Of a stretch of DNA of 64,000 bases, positions 34,545 to 46,893 are shown one piece after another (the stretch's first letter is position 1; each line of letters begins with the position of its first letter). The notes below the pieces were generated by a model. The model was not told where the DNA came from. It did not search any database and saw only the letters and a list, made by a program, of their open reading frames with translations. A program made the translations under genes and the position numbers. Source of the DNA: Savitreella phatthalungensis (taxonomy: Eukaryota); assembly GCA_051599415.1 (NCBI GenBank), contig AP039715.1, positions 310,001 through 374,000 of the forward strand. The letters are read 5' to 3'.

Positions 34545-35544
34545 GTGTAGTTGATATGTGAGTTGACAGAAATCTGCTTCATTCGAAATACTGGCAGAGT
34601 ATCGTCGGTAAGTGTCTCTGGGTTGGGAGGATAGGCCAGGCAGGCTGCAGTGGTGGATCGGAACTGATGCGTTGGCCACCCTGATCGAGATTGAATTGGC
34701 ACATGCAGCGGCCTGATTGAAAAAGCAATCTACGCGTACACGTGATCGGTGATACGTCTACCTAGTTGTATCACGTGACCGAGAAGACAAAACAAGGGAG
34801 GTCAGGCCTGAGGAGATCCAATTCAGAACGAAATCTGATTTATTTTTGAGCAGAATGTTTTGGGGCAGATAGTATCCAGCGACCGTGCATCTAATGGCCA
34901 AATTAAACATCATTGTCGGTTAGTTTAAATTTCTACCGCTGGATATCATTGACATGATACTGCTAACTTCCAGTAATCATCCAGCTATCAAGTATCTCTA
35001 CCAAGACCATCTGTATTCCAGCCCAGCTTACGTCCAATGTAGTAGATGCACAGGGCGTAGATTGGCAAGCTGATGAATACTGATTAACCTTATTGAGATT
35101 GATGGTGGCAATCGTTCAAAGTCCAGATCTGATTCGACAATTAGGCCGAATCGGGCTCGAAAAGTAATGATCATCAGAACGCTGAGATAGTTCTCTGTAA
35201 TAGATTCAAATCCATCCATTTTATACACTGGCGCCAGATTGAGAACTCTTGGGATCAAGGAGAATTTACGTGGTGTCAATAGTCGAATCAGATACAGGTG
35301 GAATATCATCGATAGAATTGACCGATTGTCTGAGCTTAGACCGAACAATCAATTCCTCTGACGATAGTCTACAAATCAGTTACATTGCAAATGGACCGGA
35401 TGCTGTTATAGCCAGAGCAGGAGAAATCTCTTGCTAGATACGCTCACCCCAGACAGATACTCAAATGGAGTAAATGCAGAGACAGTCAAACACTATCACC
35501 ACATCCATATCCATCCATACACCCATACACACCCATACACGCAA

Positions 35545-35547
<3 letters not shown>

Positions 35548-35591
<44 letters not shown>

Positions 35592-35640
35592 CACTCACAC
35601 TCACTCACTCACTCACTTTCACTCACCCACTCACTCATTC
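35548..35640. repeat. (CA)n microsatellite grading into (CACT)n
   Basis: Directly visible tandem repeat. Confidence 0.95.
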
Positions 35641-35930
35641 ACAGACACACACGCACAGGGATCCTTCCCCCCGGAGATCAACCACTATCCTACACCACCG
35701 GCATCACCGACCGAAACCATCACCACCACTGTCACCATCACCACCTCCATCCATCCAGCGACGACCATCATTCTATCCCCCCCACAAACCCTGCTCTCCA
35801 CACCACGTACAATCACGGCATCCATTCATCCATCGTCTTGTTTACCAGCGCATCAGCAGGCCATCATTTACAAACACTTCACGATACGCTCCACGACACC
35901 TTGATCACTTTCAACCACCAATCTACTACC

Positions 35931-36464
35931 ATGAACAGAGGTTATGATTCAGCTGCAGCCTGGGCGCAACATGCTCATACACATGGTCACGGTCTAGCAC
36001 CGCCCCAACAGCCGCAGTCGCAAGCACTCTACCGGGGGACAAATCCTGGCTCTGCCACTTACAAGCAACAGCAACAGCAGCAGCAACAACAGGCTCAACA
36101 GCAACAGCAACAGGGTTACCCATCCCAGCAGCATGCTCTCATCTCTGCCGCCAAACTTCGCTATGAATCAGCACGGTGTTTCGATTGCGACGACGATATC
36201 GAGTTCAACCCAGCGCTGACACAGCACGAACTCGCAAGCGCCTTTGCGGAATCCTCTCTCTCCTCGAGGTCGAGTGACTCGAGTTCACCGCAGCAGCAGC
36301 AGCAGTCCTTGCCTCAGGCATACGCCCGCGGCATGCCTCAGCAGCAACCACAGGTTCAGCAACAGCAGCAGCACCATCACAACGCGCATCACAGCCAGCG
36401 CTTCCGCAAGCGCAACCCGATCGCTATTGTCGACCCTAGGTACCAAGGTCAACAGTGGCGCTAG
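35931..36464 (+). CDS. Small Gln-rich protein with motif RYESARCFDCDDDIEFNP
   Basis: CTACC-ATG context, mixed CAA/CAG poly-Q, island of complex sequence resembling a fungal F-D-x-D-D-D-x-E-F-x-P motif. Confidence 0.72.
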   Translation: MNRGYDSAAAWAQHAHTHGHGLAPPQQPQSQALYRGTNPGSATYKQQQQQQQQQAQQQQQQGYPSQQHALISAAKLRYESARCFDCDDDIEFNPALTQHELASAFAESSLSSRSSDSSSPQQQQQSLPQAYARGMPQQQPQVQQQQQHHHNAHHSQRFRKRNPIAIVDPRYQGQQWR

Positions 36465-37707
36465 GACAGCGAGATCCGCCCTCTTTTGTCTATATTTTTT
36501 CCACCTACAAACCCATCTCTTGTACAACACCGTCTCAGAAATGCCCTTCCCCAAGACGAACATCACTTTCCATCCTCACACTGCAATGACCGGCCACATC
36601 TAACACCTCTTCCGGTCAATGCAGCACATCTCCAAATATCGAAACTCTACTTGAACCCTTATGAACGACTTCTCGACCATTGACGACGCCAGCGGCTCAG
36701 TATCATTTCAATCTTACTCAATACCCTCCACAATCATTTGACCAATCAGCTTTCCAAGCGACGATCGCGACGATGCAGGCACCATGCGTACACATACATA
36801 CGACCCCTCGTCCAAACGCTCTCAATACGACCATCTTGCTAAACACTCTTTCTGAATTTTCCCTGTTTTTCTTACGGAAGCAATACTCTATCTCTCTGCC
36901 CAGCAGGAAACCCACCTGGAGCGTGCTCAATCTTGCCGCTGACCCTTCTCTCGACTTTCACAGCTACCATGTCGCCAGACCATGGACCAACGTCAATCGA
37001 ACGATAAACGCAGGTTGGACTACCTTCCTTCCTTTACCGATTGTATATTACAAGGGCACGGCGCTGTCGACCCTAACCATTCGACGACACCCAGATAGAT
37101 AAGAAGAAGAAGAAGAGGAAACGACGACGATAAAATACGATCCAAATTGATACAATGCAAGCCTCTATGGGTAGGCAGGTACGCGCGCACGATACCGAGG
37201 CCGCGAGCGAGTGCATTCAGTGGATGCTTGCAACTTTTGTTTCTCTCGATCTGATCCTAAGTTGTTCTCCCAACATGCTTCCTACCACCTTGTCTGTGTC
37301 TGTATCTGTTCCAATAGTGTCATCGTCCGCTTGATGACTGGAGGTTGATGAGTACGGTCAGGAGAAATGAGTCTATCTTCACCTTGACAAAACGAATTTG
37401 CCCGGCACATGGGGGCTGTAACGCGTAGGCATCACATGCACGATTACATGGGGAAGAACTAACCAGCAATTGAAAGAGATCAAAACCAAAGACGCGTGGC
37501 AACCTCAGACGAATTTACCCAACGTCACTCACACCCTTTCACGCACAGTAGACGAAGCTATTGACTATTGACGTGTGTCTGGCATTTCAGACGTCAACGG
37601 TACAGTCACTTGTAAACACCAAGTTTGACTCAACGTCGACTGCCTGAATTCAGGTTGAGTCTAGCTAAAGAGAGCTACTCCATTGCTGCAATCAGGGTAG
37701 AACCATC

Positions 37708-38505
37708 ATGTCTGGACCATCCGCAGGACAGCAGCGTCCAATGACTACAGCCACAGCTGGCGCTCACTATCAGGAATTCACCATGGAGGTTCCGCTGAGG
37801 ACTGTCTATTCTCAGCAAGGCATGCCCGGTCGATTTGCAGATACACCGAATGGACCAGCCGGATCATCCACTGGCGGTGCCCAAAATGCTTTCAATCAGG
37901 GACCTCTGGTCGACCATTCTTTTCAAGCTCAGCATGACCGCTTCGTGTCCATCATCGAGAGCGGAATGGATGCTATCGTTAAAGAAGCTGACGAAGTTTT
38001 GGAATCTGGTTTTTCAGCCTTCGTCAACGCCGTCTCGGTCACTTGGCATCTCATACTACTGGCATTGTGCATGGTCGTCTACCCTTGGTACATGGTCAAT
38101 CCTTACGTCCTCACTTTCCTCTCAACCTACGCCACATTCACAAACTGTCTGGTGGTCGGAATCATCTTCTGGCCCGCTACTTGCGTCCTACGTAAGCCTT
38201 CTCCCGAAGCTATCGCCGAGCACAATTATTGAGACCGTGATACTGACAAGGCAGTCTCTGTTTTCACTACGACGATGTTGATCTCAGGAGCTCTGGGAAC
38301 GCCGTTCATGGTCGTTGCATGGTATCGCGCGCTTCCTCAGATTGTGTGGACGTCTATAAGCTGACCTGTGTTCAGGTTTATATACTGGTTCTTCACGCGC
38401 GATCAGGGCCCGCAACTGGAGTCGATGCAATTCTCAGTCCACTTCCCCGTGCGTTCTTCAGGTGAAGAGCAAGAGGCGCAGAGTCAGGAGCGACAACAAC
38501 AACAA

Positions 38506-38541
<36 letters not shown>

Positions 38542-38691
38542 ACACAACAGCAGGCTCAGCAACAGGGACCACAGAACCAACCGGTCAGTGGCGTCACGCA
38601 TCGGACGACGGGCGAACTTCCCACCCCAGAAGCCTCTCCATCACGTCACTCTGGACAGTCAGCATCTCAAGACCTCGAGATGGTTGACTGA
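37708..38691 (+). CDS. Hypothetical multi-pass membrane protein with poly-Q tail, 3 exons (37708-38191, 38255-38321, 38376-38691)
   Basis: GTAAGC/GTATCG donors, CTGAC branches and CAG acceptors join two track ORFs in frame; about 3 hydrophobic segments. Confidence 0.7.
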
Positions 38692-39236
38692 GCACGTGTG
38701 CCCACGCAGTTCATCCAAGCTTCGACTGACTTGATCTCTGACCGTCGTCACAGTTCGACAACTTAGCAACCTTGCTACGACTTCAGGCTATTTTGTCACG
38801 AGCGCCTTCATGAATAACTTTACAGCAGCAGCCTTGAGTCATGACTATTGGTGTCATTCTGTGAAGATGCAGTAAACCCTTTGGTCCAGGTTCATCAAGA
38901 ACCCTGTGTTGTCCTAAACCTGGACATAATCTGTCGTTACGTGCATTCGAAGCAAATCCCGTGAAAGTCAAACTAGAATGATCTCCACATATTGTATTGA
39001 CTTCTACGCAGATCGTAAACCTGAGGATGATACGCCCACTCTCTGGAAGCTCCAAGCTCATAGCATCGCAAAGTTGTTGGAGACGCGTTTGTCTTGCGTT
39101 CGAAGATATGATATGCTACTGCCGCTAACCTTTTTCATGATCTAGCACATCGCTGCACGACGGCTCTCATGCCGCATTCCTGTCTCTCCCAGCCGCGCGA
39201 CCTTTACATTTCTCCCACCGACCTTATTTGATCCCG

Positions 39237-42200
39237 ATGGGCAACACGATTTCATCTGTGTCAGTCGCAGCCAGTCTTGACTCGTACATCCACGAGCTCG
39301 GCGATGTGACCTATGAGCGGACTCTGTCCGCATCTCGTTTCTTGAAGAGCGTTCGCGGTAAACATGCCGACGGAGATGTCGCGGTCAAGGTGTATGTAAA
39401 AGCGGGACCTGTGCCGACGCTGAAGAAGCTGGCTGCGCAGATGAAGCTCGAGAAAGATCTGCTCATGACGACGCCGAATGCGCTATCTTATCAAAGGCTC
39501 AAAGAGACTGACCGCGCGATCTACCTTGTCCGCCAGTACGTTGCAAGCAATCTGTACGACCGCGTCTCCACACGGCCTTTCCTCGAGCCGATTGAGAAGC
39601 AGTGGATTGTCTTCCAGCTCTTGACCTGTGTTCGGGACATTCATGCGCGAGGACTACACCACGGCGATATCAAGACTGAGAATGTGCTCGTCACGTCCAC
39701 GGGCTGGACTTACCTCACCGATTTTGCATTCTTCAAGCCAACATACCTACCAGAGAACGACCCGGCACACTTCTCCTACTTCTTCGATACTTCCTACCGC
39801 CGCACATGCTACCTCGCACCAGAACGCTTCCACGGGCCAAGCGAGATTAAAGATGGGCCAATCACAGACGCCATGGATATTTTCAGTCTCGGATGTGTCA
39901 TCGCAGAGCTCTTCCTCGAAGGCACACCGCTATTCGATCTTTCACAGCTGCTGCGCTACCGGACTGGCGACTTCTATCCGCACGAGTTGCTGGCGAAGAT
40001 CGACGACCTGGGAGTACGCTCGCTTGTGGTCGAAATGATTGCTCTAGACCCGGATAAGCGGTCATCAGCGGAAGAGTACCTCGCCAAGTGGCAGCGCAAG
40101 GCTTTCCCAAAGCATTTCTCAACCTTTCTATATGGCTACATTGCTCTCATCACACAGCCCGCACGTCATCTCTCATCAAGTCCGTCCACAGCCCTGGACG
40201 ATGTCCTCGATCGCGTCTTCTTTGAATACGATAAGATTGCCTTCTTCCTTGGGCTTGAAGAAGAGCCTTGGACGGGCGATAATGGTGAAGACATCGACAC
40301 GAGCATGGCGATTCTGAGTATTCCGCATCTTCGACGTCGACAAATCGGACTCGATCGCGCCAAGCACGAAGAGGGTGCAGTCATCCTGTTAACACTCGTG
40401 CTCGCGACTGTACGCAACACCGTTCGGTCAGCTACGCGGATACGCGCTTGTGATGTGATTCTCGCACTCGCAGAACGCGTCAACGACGAGGTCAAGCTAG
40501 ACCGAGCGGTGCCGTATCTGTGCTCGCTGATGGCGGACGATGCACCCGAAGTCAGAGCTGCCGCACTTCGGGCACTATGCGCCCTGTTGTCCCTGATTGA
40601 GATTCTGACGCCCATCAACGCATTCGTCTTCCCAGAGTACATCCTTCCGCGTCTGCGGTTATTTCTCCGCGACGCAGATGTCCTCGTCCGCGTTGCCTAC
40701 GCAGAGTGTTTTGCCCCTCTTGCCAAAACAGCCGCCCGCTTCGCCGATATCGCCAGAGCTCTCAAAGCCGAAGGATTCCTGTCAGCCATGGATACAGAAT
40801 CGGCAGAGCTAGGCGACAGCCATCCGGGCAGTCCAGCAGAACTCTCTGGGGAAGGTAGCTTTGCTCTCCTCACAGACGCCGGCCGCCATGATGTCCAGGC
40901 GATGATTGAAGACCATGTCGTTGTCCTCCTCACCGATGAATCCTCTGCTGTCAGACGAGCGCTCCTGCCTGGTGTGCCAGACCTCTGCGCATTTTTTGGA
41001 AGGCAAAAAGCGAATGACATTCTCCTCAGTCATCTCATCACATACTTGAACGACCGCGACTGGCTCCTCCGCAGCGCTTTCTTCCAGCATGTCGCATCCA
41101 TGGCAAAGTATCTTGGTGCAGCCAGCGTTGAGGAATACATTTTGCCGCTTATGATACAAGCATTGACAGATTCTGAAGAGCACCTAATCGAGCAGGTCAT
41201 TACCGCCATGACTGGTCTCTGCGACTCGACCGAAGTGCAATTGGTCCACAGACGCGCCAAGCTCAACCTTATCACCATCGTCATCCGCTTCCTCGTGCAC
41301 CCGAATCTATGGATCCGCGAGGCCGTCGCACACCTCATCGAAGTCGCGGCAAGAGATCTCGAGCTCGCTGACCGGCATAGTATCGTACTCCAACAGCTCA
41401 AACCGCATCTGCGCGTCAACGTGATCTCGCTTGATGCCCTGACGATTCTACAGGTGTTACGGAGGCCTCTGTCGCGACCAGTCCTCGAGGCCGCGTTTAC
41501 GTGGGCTAGCAGCCCTGGAAAGACACTATTCTGGCAAACAGCAGCAAAACAACGTGAGCTATCAGGCGACCTCTCTGACGTCGATCCTAACAGAAGCGCA
41601 CTCGCAGGCCTCCCGTCACTCACGTCCACCCATTACAAGACTGACGGGAACAATCACTTCGCCACGCCCGGTGCCTCACCATCGAAACAGAACACCATCG
41701 CAAAGTCGCATGACGATGAGATCAATCTCGGTAGACTTCGCAACCTCGGTCTCAAACCAGAAGATGATTGGAAGCTGGTCGTCCTGCGTGAGTATATCTG
41801 GCGTGTAAGCCATCTGCGCGCTGGTCAGGCCGCGCAAGCACAGCGCGAAGGTGGACACGTCTCGTCTACAGCCTTGGGTTTCGTTCCGACAACAGTCCTT
41901 TTCGAGAGCACGGCCATGCCACCACCTGCCACGAACGCCGACACGCCTCCAGCGTTTGCGACGCACGATATCCAGGCGGCGTTACGTGAAGCTTCACGTG
42001 GCCCGGACCTTGCGCGCATTCGACAGTCCCCAATGTTCTACGCGGACAGCGGAAGATCATCGCCAGCACCAAGATCAGCTTCAGTCACGCCAGGTACCAG
42101 TAGATCCGCCGCCGGCGCTGGCACCACAGGTCCAGCAACAGTGGCGGATGCATCTGGGTCGACGCAACAAGCCCATCGTGCGCTTCGTCACGCGACCTCA

Positions 42201-43982
42201 GACGCCAACCTCGGTGGCAAGTCTGACCCGACAGCACTCACGCATGTTCATCGCTCGAGCGGCGTCAACCTTCCAGGCATGTCATCAAAGGCGCTTGCCG
42301 AGGTAGCGACCTCGGCAGCTTCGGCCACAGGCCAGCTCGACCGAAAGACGCTAGAACCTGCAGCTCGTCTGAAAGACAAACCGTCAAATGGTACAGCCAC
42401 ACGGCAGACCGCGGTTCCTCCCGCACGCCGATTCACCCACACCTATGCAGGCAACGAACCGACCGTGCTTCACCTCGTCGAAAAGTTCTATGCAGAGCAA
42501 CGAGATTCAGCGGGTGTAGGCTTAAGCGAGTTTGGGCCGCAGGTGGTTCCGACACCGCTGAGGCCCGAGGGTCGACAGCATCTACCTCTGCCGGCAACCT
42601 TCAGCCCACCGCAGGGCACGCTAGTCGCACACATCCACGAGCACACGGCTGCGATCAACGGCCTTGCCGTGGCTCCAGACCACGCCTTCTTCGTGACGTG
42701 CTCAGACGACGGGACGGTAAAAGTGTGGGATACGGGCAAACTCGAACGAAACGTCGCAAATCGAGCGAGAACGACCTACAGGACGTCGGCTGCCGGCGGC
42801 GCGCAAGCCAAAGTCAAGTGCATGACATTCGTCGAGAACTCTCACTGCGTGGCAGCGGCCACAGATACAGGCGCTGTTCTCCTGCTCAAGATCGACTGCG
42901 TGCTCGGTGGCCTGGCCGGTGCCAAATACGGCAGTATCAGACTCCTCCGGAAGGCCAATATCACCGTAACAAATCCAGTCTCGGTGGTGCATTGCACAAC
43001 TGTGGACGGCACCAGCACGTTGCTCGTCGTCGGCAACTCCAAAGTCATCGCTCTCGACGCACGTTCCCTCGAAGTCGTCTACGAACTCACAAACCCCCCG
43101 CACCACGGCTCCATCACTGCGTGCACGACAGACAGTCGAAAGACTTGGCTGCTCGTCGGCACCTCCCGTGGGATTCTCGATCTATGGGATCTCAGATTCC
43201 GTATCAGGGTCAAGAGTATCGGGTTACCGCGACCTGAGCGCGTGGTCTCGCTTGCCGTCCACCCTTGCCGGGGTGGCGGTCGGTGGGTGTATGTGTGCGG
43301 TGGGTCTGGGACTGCGGATGTGACGGTATGGGATCTGGACAAGTCAGCCTGCCGCCTAGCCATCTGCCCGAAGGATCCAAACACCATCTCCGTGAGGACA
43401 TTCAACTCGTGGGATCCCTCAGCACACTCGTCAGACCTCCTGCTCGCACAATTCACAGGCGAGCCAGCTGCGCAAATCCTCACCCACAGCGCACCACACA
43501 TGAGAGCGTTCCTAGCCAACGGCCCAGCCCCGCACAACCCCCACCCAAACAACCGATCGGGTGACGACAACAAGGGGACATCCACCGCGCACGCTCAAGC
43601 ACAGGCGCATTCGCAGACACTCGGCTTTGTCGTGGTCGCAGACGCTGATGGGAAGATCAAGATGATTGACATCGGCCGGCCTGAAGGTGGGTCGTGCGTG
43701 GTGTCTGGATTGTCGACGGATGTGGGTGTCGGTGTCGAGGCTGCCAGACAGCCCCTGTGGGGTAGTGGGATCGCGAGCGGTGTCTCCCTCATCTACGAGA
43801 AGCGTCCAGACCGTCCAAACCCAATCACCCTCCCAACACATCCAAAACCCACACCACTACAGCAGCAAAACCATCTCCTATACAACCACCTAGACCTCAT
43901 TACAGCACTCGCAACCATCAGGTACCCATACGACATGATCATCTCCACCGACAGATCAGGCGTCATCAAAGTCTACGCCTGA
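39237..43982 (+). CDS. VPS15: PI3K regulatory kinase Vps15 (kinase, HEAT, WD40)
   Basis: MGNTIS myristoylation start, NLYDRVSTRPFL, HGDIKTEN, DFA, RRTCYLAPERF, HEAT and WD40 regions. Confidence 0.97.
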   Translation: MGNTISSVSVAASLDSYIHELGDVTYERTLSASRFLKSVRGKHADGDVAVKVYVKAGPVPTLKKLAAQMKLEKDLLMTTPNALSYQRLKETDRAIYLVRQYVASNLYDRVSTRPFLEPIEKQWIVFQLLTCVRDIHARGLHHGDIKTENVLVTSTGWTYLTDFAFFKPTYLPENDPAHFSYFFDTSYRRTCYLAPERFHGPSEIKDGPITDAMDIFSLGCVIAELFLEGTPLFDLSQLLRYRTGDFYPHELLAKIDDLGVRSLVVEMIALDPDKRSSAEEYLAKWQRKAFPKHFSTFLYGYIALITQPARHLSSSPSTALDDVLDRVFFEYDKIAFFLGLEEEPWTGDNGEDIDTSMAILSIPHLRRRQIGLDRAKHEEGAVILLTLVLATVRNTVRSATRIRACDVILALAERVNDEVKLDRAVPYLCSLMADDAPEVRAAALRALCALLSLIEILTPINAFVFPEYILPRLRLFLRDADVLVRVAYAECFAPLAKTAARFADIARALKAEGFLSAMDTESAELGDSHPGSPAELSGEGSFALLTDAGRHDVQAMIEDHVVVLLTDESSAVRRALLPGVPDLCAFFGRQKANDILLSHLITYLNDRDWLLRSAFFQHVASMAKYLGAASVEEYILPLMIQALTDSEEHLIEQVITAMTGLCDSTEVQLVHRRAKLNLITIVIRFLVHPNLWIREAVAHLIEVAARDLELADRHSIVLQQLKPHLRVNVISLDALTILQVLRRPLSRPVLEAAFTWASSPGKTLFWQTAAKQRELSGDLSDVDPNRSALAGLPSLTSTHYKTDGNNHFATPGASPSKQNTIAKSHDDEINLGRLRNLGLKPEDDWKLVVLREYIWRVSHLRAGQAAQAQREGGHVSSTALGFVPTTVLFESTAMPPPATNADTPPAFATHDIQAALREASRGPDLARIRQSPMFYADSGRSSPAPRSASVTPGTSRSAAGAGTTGPATVADASGSTQQAHRALRHATSDANLGGKSDPTALTHVHRSSGVNLPGMSSKALAEVATSAASATGQLDRKTLEPAARLKDKPSNGTATRQTAVPPARRFTHTYAGNEPTVLHLVEKFYAEQRDSAGVGLSEFGPQVVPTPLRPEGRQHLPLPATFSPPQGTLVAHIHEHTAAINGLAVAPDHAFFVTCSDDGTVKVWDTGKLERNVANRARTTYRTSAAGGAQAKVKCMTFVENSHCVAAATDTGAVLLLKIDCVLGGLAGAKYGSIRLLRKANITVTNPVSVVHCTTVDGTSTLLVVGNSKVIALDARSLEVVYELTNPPHHGSITACTTDSRKTWLLVGTSRGILDLWDLRFRIRVKSIGLPRPERVVSLAVHPCRGGGRWVYVCGGSGTADVTVWDLDKSACRLAICPKDPNTISVRTFNSWDPSAHSSDLLLAQFTGEPAAQILTHSAPHMRAFLANGPAPHNPHPNNRSGDDNKGTSTAHAQAQAHSQTLGFVVVADADGKIKMIDIGRPEGGSCVVSGLSTDVGVGVEAARQPLWGSGIASGVSLIYEKRPDRPNPITLPTHPKPTPLQQQNHLLYNHLDLITALATIRYPYDMIISTDRSGVIKVYA

Positions 43983-45925
43983 GAGAGTCTCCTCCTCCTC
44001 CTCCCTCTCCCTACAATTTTTTCTTCAACTAGTACATAAGAACGATAGCTCTTTTGTAATGATTCACGATCGAACACCTCCCAAAATAAACTACTGCATT
44101 GGAGAGATGTTGAATGATATAATGCAGATCGTAAGTCGGTCGCGTGACCTGGAACGTGCAGAGAATGGAAATCCTCGTGGGCTAGCGTGGCGATTGCCAC
44201 ATTCCAGTCTGTGCATTGCTCAAAGTAGTAGAAGTCAAGGTAGAGAGAGTGAGAGACGCTTGATTGGTCTGGCGTCCCAAAAAAACACCATTCATGCTAA
44301 AAATTCCGAATGAGAGAGCACAGTTGAGTCCTGCTCGATAGAATTCCACGTGAGCTCATGAAACGTGAAGTTTCATTCATATATTCAAATCGATGCAATT
44401 CACGCGTGCATGTACACGCACCTAAACCTGTTACAGATTGATCGATTTCTAGGGATCAATCGCCAGATGGCTAGAATACTCAATCTGGCTTGATCTAGCG
44501 TGGAGAAATGGTTGGGGGAGAAAATTCATCAATCCGCCATGCATCTGAATCTGAAAGCCCAATGATTGTTCAGATGAATTCGATTCAATTCAAGTCAATA
44601 GCCAACCATCGCCACCCTGGACAAGTCTTTACCTTACCAAAACGCACTGTGCTACGCTCTAAGGAAAGAAAATCAAGATGATGCAGGGACGGTGGATTAG
44701 GTAGATTAACGCAATCAGAGTTGTCCCCAACCACACATCTCCTGTTTCAACTAGAATTAGAGAAATGGGAGACGCATGATTGACTCGAATAAACATTCTA
44801 CTCAAGTGCTAGATTATACACTCAAGAGACAAGGGAGAACAAAGGGTCATTGTCAATGTCTTCTGCTTGAGGAAGACAAAGAGGAAGCTTGTAAGGTAGA
44901 GCAAAGCAGTAGACGAAAGAGATCCTCAAAGGCTGTCTGCAGCCTGGAGGGTATCTGAATCTGTAGCCAGTCAGATAACTTAGGCTTTCCACGGAAGGAA
45001 GGTGGAAGCGAAAGAACAAGATCCCCAACCAATCACCTTCAGAATTCAAAGTTTACACACTGAGCGAGTCTTCAATCCAAGGTCTGATGCCCTAGAAATT
45101 CTGTTGGGCAATTCATATTAGAATTCTTCCCGCCCTAGCTCCATCATCTCCAGACTCAGATCTAAACCCGGAGAGTCTGGAATCGGAGTCTGTTGTGTTG
45201 CTTTCAACGTCAGACTCGCTCGGTGGGTGGGTGGATGGGTGGGTGGCAGCTCTGAAGATCATTCTCAGACTCTCTCACTCACAGTCTCACTCACTCTGTC
45301 TCTATCCAGAGTTCAGTCCGATCCACTTCACCAGCTGTCCTCAACGACAAAGCCACTCCGATCAATCAATCAGACTGTGGAATCAAGGTAGTCTAAAGGT
45401 CTCTTCACCTTCGAGGAGGATCGGACTTTGATCATTACAAGAGTCCTCGAGCGTTCATCACCGAGACACAGACGCCGAGGAGTTCCAAGTCGAGAGAGGC
45501 AAGGGGAGGCAAGCAGTAAAGAGAAGAAGAAAGAAAGAAAGAAAGACGGGAAGCCAGCACAGTGATTGATCAATCGATTTGATCTCGCATCTTCTGACCT
45601 TCCCTTTCCCTTTCCCTTCCCTGCCCTGCCCTTTTCTCTCTACCCCAGACTCTTCTTCATCGTCTGCCTCTACCAACCTCACCAAACACCAGCTCCCACG
45701 CACGCCTAGACCTTCTTACCTCCACGTAAACTTTCATCAACACCTCGGCGATCTACAACGCCAACCTCCTGTCTTCCCCCACACAATATATACCTCGACC
45801 ATCCATTCATCCATCAATCATACCCCCACGTCTGTACTAGACCGGTCTCCCTCGAGACATCACCTCCCTTCACTCGATAACCGCTCACTCCTCATCCATT
45901 CTCGCATAAACAGATCTGCCCGACA

Positions 45926-46720
45926 ATGTCGATCGCAGTCCACACGGCCAGCGGGGGCAGCAGTAGCAGCCTGAGTAGCAATTGGCCTGGACCCTGCTTC
46001 TCGCCGTCGGCGATGAAGCGCGGCGGTTCTACGCACGGTGGCGCTACACCACGGAAGCAGAAGAGCGTCTCTTTCGGCAGCCTACCCTCATACCGGCGGC
46101 GAGCCTCACGATCTGCGCCTCCTCCCGGCTCGTCCGACCACGATTCCCTTAACGACACGCGGCATAACCACCGCGCACATCACGGCAAATCAGCCAAGAG
46201 CGCCATCACCCCGATGACAGCGACGACGTCCCCGCTCCTCGCCGGCTTCAGCCTGTCTGCGACACGAGCGTGCGCCTCCTGGACGACGTCCGCACCGACA
46301 TCGCCTGCATGGCGTGGTGACGAGAGCGATGGGAACGATGCGACGTTCTTCCGCTTCTCCGCTGCCGCGTACGACTCTGACGACGACGTTGACAACCACT
46401 ACGCCTTCAACACCTACACCTCCCGCCCTACCGACGACCGCCCGACCACCCCAAGATCCACAGTCCTCATCAACGGCCGGGCGGACCTGAGCGACGAAGA
46501 CGACGACCGTCTCACAGACTCCAGCACGACCACCTCCCCTGTCATCGGTCTCAACCCTACCGTCTCGGGCTCAGTCACAGCATCCCCTCAATCCTCAGCC
46601 AAACAGGCTACCCACGCCACCTCCTCAGCAGCCTCCAACGCAGAGGAGATCTCATGCTTCACATGGGCCGGCGGTCACTGGGCTCGATGTGATGCAGCCT
46701 CCTACCTCGCTTCCATCTGA
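45926..46720 (+). CDS. Hypothetical Ser/Thr-rich disordered protein
   Basis: 264-aa ORF with ACA-ATG start, C-ending codon bias, long pyrimidine-rich leader. Confidence 0.6.
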   Translation: MSIAVHTASGGSSSSLSSNWPGPCFSPSAMKRGGSTHGGATPRKQKSVSFGSLPSYRRRASRSAPPPGSSDHDSLNDTRHNHRAHHGKSAKSAITPMTATTSPLLAGFSLSATRACASWTTSAPTSPAWRGDESDGNDATFFRFSAAAYDSDDDVDNHYAFNTYTSRPTDDRPTTPRSTVLINGRADLSDEDDDRLTDSSTTTSPVIGLNPTVSGSVTASPQSSAKQATHATSSAASNAEEISCFTWAGGHWARCDAASYLASI

Positions 46721-46893
46721 ACCTTTCTCTCCGACGCTCACGAAAAACGACCTCTCTCTCTTCTCTCTCTCTCAGACAGATATATGCTCACGACCTTTTT
46801 TACTCCTAACCTATCTCGACGACTTTTTACCGTAGACGAAACGCTCACACAATCACATTTTTTCCTTTTTGTCATTGTCATTGTCATTGTCAA

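Noticed and set aside
35431..35947. His/Thr-rich ORFs
   Set aside because: They are translations of the (CA)n/(CACT)n microsatellite.
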